A DNA stretch of 64,000 bases, taken from the NCBI GenBank assembly GCA_973895155.1, contig OZ316894.1:25542709-25606708 (forward strand), read 5' to 3'. This stretch comes from Marsupella aquatica. Taxonomy: Eukaryota > Plantae > Marchantiophyta. This document shows, piece after piece, positions 52,260 to 64,000 of this stretch (the stretch's first letter is position 1; every line of letters starts with the position of its first letter). Both the position numbers and the translations under genes were made by a program. The notes beneath the pieces were generated by a model, which was not told the DNA's origin, made no database searches, and was given only the letters and a program-made list of their open reading frames with translations.

Positions 52260-55200
52260 TGCTCCCTCAAATGGTAGATTCAATCTCCCATTCAATCTCC
52301 ACCAAATATCATGAGAGTACTCGCAATGCAGCTTAACAATTCATAAACACTTCGCTGATGTCGCCAAAAACAGAGCTCCCGCCGAGAATCTGTCACGAGG
52401 ACCTGAACAAATTTGAACTCGTCTCCCGGTTCCAGGCGAGAGTCTCCATCACTTCGGCTCACCGTTGGGAGAAATCCTGAGAATCCGCCAGCTCTTTGGC
52501 CCGAATCTCCGTCACCTCTCTATTCGTCGACCCTCACGGACCACAATTTTTAGAACAAGTGTTTGTTCTCAAGCTGAAATGACAAGAATCCTTCTCCAAT
52601 CAAATGCCGGAGCACGACGTAAAAGTCTCTCACTAATCGAACCAAATGTTGCGTATCTCGTTCCTCCCGAAGTACAGCAATAAGAAAGTTGATAGCAGGA
52701 GCAACATATTAGTCTGCACATCGAGTGCAATCTTCATACCTCCGTCCACAACATGAACAAAAAATCTCAAACACAATTCGAGACAAGTGAACCATCTCTC
52801 CAGCTTGCGACTGAATGCTGCTGGCGTTCCAGTTAAGGCTCCTCTCCGCGTTCTATTACGCTGAACCCTAATGGCAATTCGTGGCGTCCAATGCCTTCCA
52901 TTACAGCAAGATTTATCTATTTACAGCCTAGAGTGTACAGAAGGACGGAAGCTATCGGGGTCTCGCCAGACCGACGAGCAGACATAGCTAGGGAGGGAAG
53001 GGGTATTTTGTAATCACGAAGGACAGGATTTGAATGAAGTACAGTACAAACACCGTCATGATGGACACGCTTCGAAGGAACAGGTACACAAAAATGATGG
53101 ACATGCTCTGGAACGAAGTAGACCCGCGATAATACAGGAGCGAGAAAAGCCACTAATACCGTATATTGCGCCACGCTTGCTGTGCTGTAAAAACAAGCCT
53201 TTGTGGGGCCCTGTACCTGAAAATATATCCACTATGGAAACTTGTAGGGGGGCCGTATTCGGTGATTTGTTTGTCTCACATCGTCGTTGGGGAATGTTTT
53301 GACTCGAAATATTGTCTTGTGCTAGACAAAGCTCCTGAGACTCCTCCAGAAATATGTATCACGTGTTCTTAATTCTAAGTGGCTAAGGGGATAAGCACCT
53401 CCTTGAGGTCGTCTAATCACACTTTCACCCAGGTATTTAACAACCACTACTCTAGTTGATGTAAATGTCAAGCATTAACTCATTCTGAATTTGAATTAGT
53501 TCCTTGACCCCCTAGCTATTTTGCTTAGCAAGCTCAAGTAGGAGGCAACCAGGGCCACTATGCACAGCAAGGAGAAAGAGACAAAGCAGGTAGAGAGAGG
53601 CAGAGGGGATCAGGTATGAGTGCATTACTACTTGCAAGTGCATTGCTCCTGAGAGCCGTAGAGAGCAATTTGAAATTTGAAAGGATGCAGATCTCTAAAT
53701 CACACTTCTCGGTCCTAAATGCGTGTCAACAATCGTCTTTGCAATACATTCGGATTCACCCAAGACTATAGGACAGCTTCAATCCATGCAAATTTTGCTC
53801 TCTCAAAACTCAATTCAGTACATCCGTAATTCATCACACTTGATCCTCCACTCTTTCTTTTATTTTGGATGTTCTTGGAAAATAAAGCATTGAAAGTGTT
53901 TACTTTCGATTCAATGTTTCACCCAGAGTTATCCATCCATCTTGTGTTTAGTCCACATTTCCATACATTTCCAGATTGTCAATGTCGTGCGCTTACAGAT
54001 TGCTACACAACATACATCGCTTGTCATATACATCCATAACTAAACATAATACATCACACATACATAAGAGAATGGAGACAAGTGGAACTCAAGTTCACAT
54101 GTGTCCAAAACCCACAATAATCTTCACAAAAATTTGACAACGGTCGGTACCAATCAACGCAAATCAATTTAGTCCAATCTGATCACACACAATTGATTGT
54201 GCCGGGACCTTACAATGGGAGAAATTGATTGATATGGGATCTCACAATTGGAGAAATACTCTCCAAACAAACTCAAATTGAACCCTATAATTGGCTTTGA
54301 TAGCACACATACAAAATATATAAACCTAGATAGTATGATATACCACAATACCACCTAGAATGTTGTGACATCAACAAGTGGTTTACACTCTCTAGAATTT
54401 GACTGTTTGTGGAGATGAAAGACATGAGTGAACAAATTAAAACAATTGGACAAAATTGTATCGTGTGTCAAGCGTTGAGCAAAGCTATAGTTGGGGAAAA
54501 AAGGAACCAACTAAATCTTTTTGTTGAGCAGTTGAGTGAGGTTTGTGGGAAAAGCAAATGGGACACAACCTCCTGATGTTGCATTTCTTGAGTTGGTGAC
54601 GGTTCTTTAATTGTGTACAAGTTATACGATCATACGGTATCTATCATTCACCTCACAACTCACTCAAAACTCAGCTAAAGATCGCTCCTCCGTTTCTTTG
54701 ACGCAGTGTGACAGAATGACAGTATCCTGTTCACAATCAACCCGTTGGTATATCTCTCATCGAAAGAGAGAGGATCAGACTGGTATGAGTCACTTATGTT
54801 ATTTTAGAGATAGTTATCTAACTAATTACATAGTAAACAATTTAAAAACACTCAAAATGTAGCTTATTATGAGAGTATGAATGGATCACTATATTCATTA
54901 AAACTGAAATTATAAAGGATATAGGGAAATTTGGCGATTTAAAAACATAGTTTTAGGCATGAAAATTGTAAATTTGGAAGATGAAAAATGAAAATTCAAG
55001 CATCATTAAATGTAAATTTGGGGACAAAAAAATGAAATTTTGGGAAAGTAAAATATTAAATTGGATGATATTAAAAAACATTTGGGTGATAAAAGTGTTC
55101 ATTTGGTTGGAAAATAGATAGAATCTAGTAATAACATATAAGCTTGGATAGCATCTATAGTCAAAACATTTAGCTTGAGTAAGATATCTAACTAAGCACC

Positions 55201-55476
55201 AATACAATGGAATGACTATAGTGTCTAGACAAAGTTAACTAGGATGATATCCAACCTACTAGAAGGAATGAAATGGCATCATTTTCTAGAATTAAAATAT
55301 ACTAAGACAAATAAAATAATAATTATAAGAAAGTCCATTCAATAGCTTTGAGAGATCATAGAGTATTAATTTGATTGTCTTGTTCTCTCACTTTAGACCA
55401 ACGCATGGAAATCAACTCAACCCTCTTAATCACAAGTCATTTGAGTGGAGACTTGTAACCTACGAGTTCTATCAAT

Positions 55477-58400
55477 CTACTCATCAATTATACCTTCCAT
55501 GTAAATTTTGAGAGTTTTCAAAACATTCTTAGGAATTGTCAAACCTCTATCCATAATATTTTGTTCTTTAGCACCTGACTTAAACCCATACATTGCAGAA
55601 TTTGCAAACTGCCAACTTTGAGTAACATTGTCAAACCCAGGATCCAGCTCCCAAGTCTTAGTGGTTTGAAAGCAACGTTCATATCGAACACAATCCTTTG
55701 CATCATGCTTACCATGTTTAGGCCTCCACCATTGTACTTGGAACATAGGAGCATTCCTAAGAGGAATGCTCTCAACAGACGTTGAAGAAGACCCTTCAAT
55801 ATGTTGCAAATCTGTTGAGGGAACCTCATGGTTTGGATCACACCACCCAAAGCTCGAACCAACCAGAAACGCCCTTTGCCATTTTCCTGTTCCCATTCAT
55901 CCTCTGGACGTAAAAATACAAAGTGACCTTCTTGAATATCTTGTAGAGGAATCCAACGTGCAAGTTCTCGCTCTTGTCGTGCACCAACAAAGGGTGCAGC
56001 TTGATCTTCCATCTCTTCCATGTACTCATTTTGAAGGTCCATCATCTCTGGATTTTGAGAAGGTTCACTTGACGGCTGAGATGTCCCCAAAATCATCTTG
56101 TAACCTGTGCCATTGTTAGTCTTTGGCCAAAAATCAGTTGTCAATGGCAAATGTCTTTCCCCCTCCCCTTCTATTGTAAGTTCCTCGGACAGTGCTTGCA
56201 CAAGATTCTCCCAATATTTGACCAGAGGAAATCTCTCTTTATATGCTGCAGAGGTCTCATCCTTACAACTTTTCTTCAAGAAATCAATATAGCGATTAAG
56301 GAATGGGATGATTTCTCCAGCCTTCTTTTGTACATCCCCAGATATAGGTTTTGCAAATGGTTGGCCTTCCGGTAAAATGAGCGCATTTGTGATGGGATCA
56401 GTTCTCCAAATGGACCTTCCCATTGCCGGAAGCCAAGGTTGCTTGACATGTGCTTTATATTGATACACTGGCACATTATCCCTCATGGAGAAAAGAAATG
56501 CCACTGGTTTTGAGTGACCTTCTATCTCTTTCACCTGGAAAGTTTTCAAATACTCCTTGTAAGATGCAACCTCTTGAATCAATCATGGTACAGGATGAAT
56601 GCTTTCACACTCCCAAACCTCAGCCATCAACCCCAAGAGGGTAGCAACCTCTTTGTATCTGACCTGTTTGGATACTTGAGAAAATAATGCATCCACGTCT
56701 TCATGGGTGTGGCCAACCATGAGGAATGACATTTGCACAGTTTCAAACACCCCCTGCTAACAAGCTCAGTGCAAAATGTCATCACATATTGATTTTTGTT
56801 ATCTTTCCCTGAATTGTCCATCTGCAACGTTAGGTGCCTTGGTAAGGGCTTGAAAGAGCCCCTAGTAGTCTCAGGATCATCCTTAGAACCAACATCCACT
56901 GTGCTTGACTTTTTAGTCTCCTGACCATCTTCAATGCCTTGAAATCGAACAATTGAAACATTTTTGGGTTCCAAGTAACCGGCCAGAAATGCTTCAAAGT
57001 CTAGAAGGGACTGAAATATTGGCCTAGTTGCATTCCAATTCAATCCCTCAAGAAGGTCTCCAGTTTTGTCTCCTGTGTAATCTTCCAAATCTCGGAGGCA
57101 TTTGGCCAAAGATGTCACGGTAAAGTCTGCATCTCCAGGCCAAAGTCCAGTCAAACTGAAATGTGCATACACTCCAGGATCTCTTCCATGGGTTAACATC
57201 CCAGTAAGAGCAATAGGCAAAGGCTGACCACTACCAGAGAGGGATTTTGGAGTGGGGACCAACCTGGGGATCCAAGTCTTGGCTTGATCCATCTTATCGT
57301 GAATAATGCAAAGATAGTTTTGAGGATCCTTCTTTGCAAGAACCCTATGAGCATAGTAAACATATCTTCTTGACATTGGTTCACGAAGATGTCACGCTCT
57401 TTTCTCTTCAATCTCTGCACGCTCTTTTTTTCTCTTCTCCCGCATCAATTGATCTTTGAACTCAGTGCAAAAGTGCACTTGGCAAATGCACTTCCCTTGT
57501 GAAAGTCAAAATTATCAAATGAGTTTTTCCAGATGTTGTACATAGTAACTTCAGTAACCTTAGCAAACCCATCTAATTCCATCTTGGTAAACACCTCTTG
57601 GAAAATCTCCTTCTTAGTAAAACAAGATGGGAGCCGATATTCAATAGTGTCAGTGCCGTTGGACCCACCATAGGGAAGATGTGGCATTGGTTCCCCATTT
57701 TGGATTAAAATGGACTCCAACAAGGCGCGAGCGTGCAAAGTGCTTGATCGTGTCTTCCGTTGTCCCTGATTTCCATGGAAACCAATTGTGCAACCAGCTT
57801 CGTATTGATTTTTTTAGTCATAGTACTTTGTTGTACTGAACCCATGCATTTTAATAAATGCATCTTTACAAACCACACGTCCCTTAGAACAAAAAATCCC
57901 TTTCTCTTGACTTGCTCCTCCTACACCCAAAGAGACTAAAGATGTGACTTGTTTTGTTGTCACTTGACATTCCATGGTATTCCCTCCTCATTGCCTCTAA
58001 GTCCTCCCTGGGCATGTTCAAGCAACACTTTAGCTTGCAACAACCTTCTCTTTGGATGGAATCAATGGACTCCTCGTTAATTTTCAAAAGTGCCCTCGAC
58101 TCCAAATGCCTTTTCTTCCTCTCCTCAAGATCAACTTTTGTCCTCCTAATGAAATTGTATGGTCTTTTTGTAGGTTTACCATCACCATCCGAATCCGGAT
58201 CGCCCTTAGTTCGACCCGACTCCATCCACTTCTCTGAAACTTCCTCAAGGATATCCCCAAGAAACCTTTGAGACGAAATCAATAGAAGGGATTTGATTTC
58301 CCACCTCACCAAGCCAGGGTTACCAACACGGATATTTGGAAATAATCCGGGTTCACTGATATTCACAACAGCAACACCAACATGATCTGCACCAAGAAGT

Positions 58401-59191
58401 TCATCGTCAACGGCACCTGTTTCAAATGGGACCGTGATAACACCTGTTGCAACCTTTCGACAACGGGAAGCGTCATACAAATCAACCTCCTCCGCCATCC
58501 AATTGGAACGTAGTGTAAAATCTTTTAATGGAAGATCATTGAAAATATTTGAACTACCAAACACGCCAAAATCTCGAAGAGTGCCCTTTCTAGAAACATG
58601 TGCAACATCCCAGATAACCCACGTATGCAAGGCCTCTTCTATTGTATCAGCTCCAGGGTGCGAGTATGGCAATTTTTGATTTCCCTTAACAATATGAGAT
58701 ATTCTTATACTGATGCGACCAACCCCGAGTGTTTCAGTATGACAAATATCCATCGGATTTGTCTTGAAAACAACTCCATTTGCAACCAACTGATCAAAAA
58801 TGAACATCTGAACTTCATCTCCTTCCTTGAACATGTCCTCTTCAACCCTTGCATCAATTTTGCATTTATCATTTCCAGCATCTCCAGCCAAAGAGAAATC
58901 ATCGACATTGATTCTTCGGCGCTGAGTTGATGACCTCAAGTATGCCAATGCACAATCCCAAATCACGCAGGAGTCAATTGCCTCAGCCAATGTAGAAAAT
59001 TTGGGCGAAGGAAATGGAAGTTGACGCGATCCATCAAAACACTTTTCGATCAATACCCCAGCAATTCGATTGTCCCCTAGACAAATGTTCTATATAGTAT
59101 CCTGGGGGTCAACCTTTTGAACTATCCCAATTGCCGTTTCAAATCCATCGATCACCAATGACACTTCATCCCCTCGTGTCAAATTGATCAT
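55477..59191 (-). pseudogene. Degenerate Sola-like DDD transposase (DUF7869-type core) with three N-terminal Tnp1/En/Spm-like domains and a Cys-rich region
   Basis: Reconstructed across frameshifts: CCKLKC, VCKDAFIKMHGFS, FAKCTFC, CIIHDKMDQAKTWIP, LTLQMDNSGKDNKN, SFLMVGHTHEDVDALFS (56720-56691). About 4 frameshifts and several in-frame stops. Superfamily assigned by motif recall only. Confidence 0.75.
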
Positions 59192-59318
59192 GATAGCGGA
59201 CTATCTGTATTCAAATAAAGTTAGAAATTGTTAAGTTCCCCATGTTACAATCATGTTTCAAAATCTGGACTCTCCTCCAAAAAATATTGTAAAATCACTC
59301 AAAACCCTAAATACATTC

Positions 59319-59763
59319 AAGTCGGGTCGGAATTATTTCGACCCTCCTCCAACATTATGTCTTGAAATGATTGAATTGACTAAACATTTACAAGTCGGGT
59401 CGGAATTATTTCGACCCTCCTCCAACAATGTCTTGAAATGATTGAATTGACTAAACATTTACAAGTTGGGTCGGAATTATTTCGACCCTCCTCCAACAAT
59501 ATGTCTTAAAATGATTGAATTGACTAAACATTTACAAGTCGGGTCGGAATTATTTCGACCCTCCTCCAACAATATGTCTTAAAATGATTTAATTGACTAA
59601 ACATTGATAAGTTGGGTCAGAATTATTTCGACCCTACTCCAACTATTAAGTTGAAATTATGTCAAAACTATTTGTGAAACTATCTTGCTTATGCTTTTAT
59701 ATACCAGTTTAAAATGCTAGTTAAGATGACATAGTCAGGTCGGCACGAAATAATTCCGACCCA
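59319..59763. repeat. Tandem array of ~73-bp units (starts 59319, 59392, 59463, 59536, 59609) with hairpin core GGGTCGGAATTATTTCGACCC, plus one inverted partial copy at ~59744-59763
   Basis: Read directly; spacers are near-identical. Confidence 0.9.
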
Positions 59764-61000
59764 CTTCTAGAAACTATGTTAGTAATCACATAAAGGGGTA
59801 CAGTAAGTTCTACACATGCTAGACTGTGGATAAAGGTCTAGAATGAGTAAAATATATGATCTAGAACCTAATGTGTAAATCTTAATCTAGGTTTGGCTTA
59901 AAGGTATTGAATTAGATGTAGTTGAGCTAGTACTTCTAAGATAAATAAATAAAATCACTAACCTGCTCCGCAATATATCTTTGTCCACCCTTGTACAAGC
60001 TAAATGGGTACCTTGGATGCCAGCATTGTAACTCTTAGCACCACAGTGCTCACCAGTGCCCTTACTAAACCTTCCATTCAACCATGCGGACCTAAACAAG
60101 GCACTCGGACAGAGGAGAGTCAGTGATCGTACCAATCACTGTCTAAATGACAATGAACCAAAAAATGGATTGTGGGAGGTCTATACTCAGTTTGAGAGGC
60201 AAAAATCCCACACATTACCCAGCACACGAGTGGACACCAACAGATCGGGCACGGGTGGATGAGGCACGCACCCAGCACACAAGTAGACATCGGATAGGGT
60301 GTCAGCCAATCACTCACGAGTGATAGGTGAGTTGCGAGCACACACCGTTGACAGCTCGGAAGTTTAAAATTGGTAGGTGAGTCACGACTGGTCGTGAGTG
60401 GTCACACCATCAGTGACTCACGATCACATGCACCGAGGAGGGTCTCCATCATTGGCGCGCATTGATGCCTCTGTACCCTCTCGGATCCTTGCCTCCTCGG
60501 ACTCCTCGCTCGCAGGGGGTATAGGAAGGCAGGCCTTGCGCTTGAGGCCTCATTTCCTTGCCTCCCTCTTGCCTCCTCTCTCGTCTCCTCACTCCTTGCC
60601 TCCCTCTTGCCTCGCTCTAGGGCTTTTGTTTTTGCCTCGCTCTTGGGATTTGTTTTCCGCCTCGCTCTAAGGCTTTTATTTCCGCCTTGCTCCCTTCCCT
60701 TTTGGGTCGCTCCCTCGATCATTGTTTGCCTGTTAGTGCCCTCTTGCAGCCTGTGGCATTCTCCATTGCTGCCACGTGTCATCTTAAATCTCACTCGCCC
60801 CTTACAATGTCTACTTCCTCCAGTTCTGAAGCTTCCACCACCTCCGCCAGTTCTCAAGAGTCATTGAACTTCAATTATAACTCTCTGTATGAATATGACC
60901 CTAAAGACCCGGATGTCCAAAAATTGGTTAACAATGTGTTGGAGACGTCAAAGAAAGCCCAGTTAACTTTTCCACGTAAGGCACCACCTGCTTCAACTTC

Positions 61001-61669
61001 TTGCCTCACCCTAAGGGCGAGGCAACTTTACTTTAATTTGGATTTCAAACTTCTTATTAGGAAAATTTCTATATTCCTTTGCAGTCGCCTCGCCCCAAGG
61101 TCGAGGCGACGTCTACTTCATTCTAGATTTCTTGTTGCTCCGAAGGCGTATTGGACCTTGTATCTTACATTAATAAAGGATCTTTAGCTATATTCTATTT
61201 TTTGCCTCGCTCTTGGGGCGAGGCGATGTCGTCTGCATTCCTCAAATGTAGTCTGCATTCCCAGAAGTTGCCTCGCCCTTGGGGCGAGGCGATGTTATCT
61301 ACATTCCTAAATGTTGTCTGCATTCCCAGAAGTTGCCTCGCCCTTGGGGTGAGGTGATGTCCTCTACATTCCTAAATGTTGTCTGCTTTCCCAGAAGTTG
61401 CCTCGCCCTTGGGGCGAGGCGATGTCCTCTGCATTCCTAAATGTTGTCTGCTTTCCAGAAGTTGCCTCGCCCTTGGGGTGAGGCGATGTTGTCTGCATTC
61501 CTAAATGTTGTTTGCTTTCCTAGAAGTTGCCTCGCCCTTGGGGCAAGGCGATGTCGTCTGCATTCCTAAATAGTGTTTGATTGCTTGGATGAGGTGGCAG
61601 GGCTAATTGCACTAGGAGCAACGAAGATTTTGCAATCTTCTAATTGTCGCCTCACCCCAAGGGCGAGGC
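61001..61669. repeat. Intronic array: six ~65-bp units (61204-61572) with palindrome GCCTCGCCCTTGGGGCGAGGC, plus solitary copies at 61001, 61084 and 61649
   Basis: Read directly; entirely inside predicted intron 60976-61742. Confidence 0.9.
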
Positions 61670-63340
61670 ACCTTGAAAGTTTTCCACATGTCAATGTTAA
61701 AAATATGATGCTGACCATTTTGTTTTCAATGTTTCTTACCAGGAAAAAATCTTGAGAAGCCGGAGTTAAATATTATGGACGAGGATATCAAGGACTTTGT
61801 TTTCCCTGACCAAGATACTCCAGGATTTAGATGGGCACTAGAAGTTGGGGTGTCGGCGGAAGGCAGTCTCTTGATTTGTTTCAAGGGCCTCACAAGTCAA
61901 TTGAATGACCGCAAGACAATTGTTACTCTAGGTCCAGTCGTCCTTGTGAACACGGACAACAACCGCAATGCAACGATTATTGTTGAGTCCAATGAGAAAT
62001 CTCAGTGGATGAGACTTCTAGTGCCAATAAAACTCTACTCGACTTTACTGAATGTTGAGTGGATGGCTCGATTGGAGATAAGCATAGCTGATATGGGATT
62101 CTTCCCAGATGGAGTAACAATTGATCAGATGTTTGAGAAGACGCGTTCTCAAATAAGTGGAGTTGACCTAGTGTTTGGATTTCTCTACGTAAAGAAGCAC
62201 ATGCATGATAATGCGGACAGTGTGGACCCTCCGTCTACTTGGATAGTTCAAAGGACGATTGATAAGGCACATTTTTCATACGAGCAAGCAATCGACAAGA
62301 GTTTCATTTTTTGTCCAGAGTTTCAAGAGGCCGCGTGCCGGACGTGGATTTCAGAGATGAAGAAAAAAGAAGCAAAGCATAAGGCAAAGGAGAGAAAGAA
62401 GACAGTGGAAAGAAGTGCGCAATGAAAGACAGAGAAGAAACGAAAGCTTCAAGAGCCGGTTGTTCAACAAGAGAAACAATCTGGGAGTTCACGCCGTAAG
62501 AAGATGGCTAAAAAAAATGAAGATGATGAGGGCCCCCAAAAAAATAAGCAGACAAAGAAGGCAAAGGTTGCGAAATCAAAACCAATGTCAGGGTCAACTT
62601 CAAACTTTGTCTTGCATCCAGAGGATGATATGTGTCCGACAAAAGGACCCAAAGAAGATGATGTGCTCAAAGGCCAAGAGGTTTTGCGTAATATTGAGCA
62701 GTATTATACTTTTGGCATCCGCAAAGTTTTTGATATTCCTGTAAAAAGTATTAATCCGCCATCGGCCGTTTTTGTATATCGAATGTTCAATCTTTCGCAT
62801 GCAATGGAGATATCAAAGTCTATGATGAAAAACCCTGGATAGGAACCACAAGTTGCTGATTTGATTCCGTATCACGAGAGCACTAAACAGTTGCTTCATT
62901 ATGACAACACACCTCAGGATAGGAAAGAGTTTTTGATTGGTGTGAAGAAGCATGAGATCCAATTCCTTGCCATCAGTGGCCAGCATTCTGCAAGAGCTGC
63001 CCAATGGATCTAAGGGTGGGCCGAGACTGACGCCAAGCTGACAGATCTTGCCAACAAACTAAAGTATAGGAAAGCAAGGATCCTATCTGACCTCACTCCG
63101 AAGACAATTTTGGTTGAGCATTCAAGTTTATCGAATGCTGTCAATGATACTATGCAATTTAAGTCTTGTTTTTTAGAGACTATTGTTCATGCACGAAGGC
63201 AGTTTGAGGAGTGCGGGAAACCGCTGCGTCCAGGGATTGGGACCAATCAAAATACAGACAGGAAAAACTATCAGGTACATGTTGGAGCAACGCAAACTAT
63301 TCTTGATCCGCTTTGTTTAAAGATTGTCAATGGTAGAGGT

Positions 63341-63523
63341 TTGCCTCGCCCCAAGGGCGAGGTTGCCTTTTCTTGTTTTCCTTGGTTAGAAGATTAAAGC
63401 AAATGTTTGCCTCGCCCTGAGGGCGAGGCAACCTAGACTAGTCTCTCTAAGAAAAATTCCCTAGTTCCATTTCAATCAATTGCGGTTAGATGTAGAGGTT
63501 CGCCATGCCCTTGGGGCGAGGCG
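63341..63523. repeat. Three more copies of the same palindrome in intron 2 of the accessory gene
   Basis: ttgcctcgccccaagggcgagg (63341), ttgcctcgccctgagggcgaggcaa (63407), cgccatgcccttggggcgaggcg (63501), all inside intron 63275-63608. Confidence 0.85.
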
Positions 63524-64000
63524 GCTTAGCCTGTTTCAAACATAGGTATAAATTTTCTAACATATGCATTGTACCCTGAAACTAATGTCAAGTCCATTGG
63601 ATATGCAGGATTGGTTTGCCCTGGCAAAGGTTACAATGGGGAAGTCAAGCCTAAAGAGCATTTATTGGTTACTTTTTGCCGAAGATGAGCTCTTTGAATT
63701 ATGGCTGAACGTGTGTGCAAAATGGTTGAGTGGGAAGCTCCAAGACGGGGCTGGTGGGTATGGAGGGCCAAGACCCCCAAAATTGATCACTCCCGGTACC
63801 TTTCGATGCTTTGAAGGAGAGATTAGTAGCAAACAGATAATTGAGATCTTGAAGGACGTTGAAGAGGAGCGTGTCTTGCTGAAGAAGGATATCACCAACA
63901 AATCAGAGCTTGTCGCAATGGGAGACTTGGCCCTTACAATCAAGATAATGTCCAAATTGAGAACAGTCATTATTGGCTATTTCGTGGAAAAGTATCGTGA

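Larger units (their letters stand above)
55477..64000. mobile_element. Large two-gene DNA-transposon-like element; termini not identified, runs off the window
   Basis: Divergent transposase and accessory genes, both similarly decayed, with internal palindromic repeat arrays. Confidence 0.6.
60807..64000 (+). pseudogene. Spliced accessory gene with a ParB/sulfiredoxin-like motif; exons 60807-60975, 61743-63274, 63609->64000; three in-frame stops
   Basis: Junctions C|gtaag..ttaccag|GA and CAG|gtac..atgcag|GAT join in frame. ORFs 61775, 62504 and 63110 share one frame, broken by TGA 62423, TAG 62840 and TAA 63011. Motifs VFDIPVKSINPP, YRMFN..HAMEI..SM, FLAISGQHSARA. Exon 3 is open to the window end. 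Confidence 0.7.

Noticed and set aside
53040-53110. ta-cagtacaaacaccgtcatgatggacac, resembling a Tc1/pogo TIR upstream of FIE
   Set aside because: No matching inverted copy seen in the window; cannot be assigned as the end of the large element.
59319-61572. Palindromic repeat arrays resembling CRISPR
   Set aside because: Spacers are near-identical rather than unique, there are no cas genes, and the context is eukaryotic and intronic.

Overview
Land-plant nuclear DNA with GT-AG introns; a non-seed plant such as a liverwort is my inference and cannot be proven here. Host genes: an intronless membrane-anchored SAM methyltransferase (1024-1947), a tail-to-tail pair of At4g14100-like secreted proteins (4418-6224 +, 7546-8348 -), an intronless H2A.Z (17565-17987), a 5-exon SWEET transporter (24723-26507 -), a 2-exon GH3 beta-glucan exohydrolase (33370-35545 -) and the 13-exon PRC2 subunit FIE/EED (48371-52259 -). 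Mobile DNA: one full-length but disrupted L1-type LINE with a 13-bp TSD (40696-47020), two 5'-truncated LINEs with TSDs, and from about 55.4 kb to the window end a decayed two-gene element. That element has a Sola-like DDD transposase carrying three tandem Tnp1/En/Spm-like domains, divergent from a spliced gene with a ParB/Srx-like SGQHS motif. Both introns of the second gene, and the region upstream of the transposase, carry arrays of 21-bp palindromes with the same TCG-N9-CGA geometry. This element is the best candidate for an undescribed system. All family assignments are by eye and need HMM or structure confirmation.
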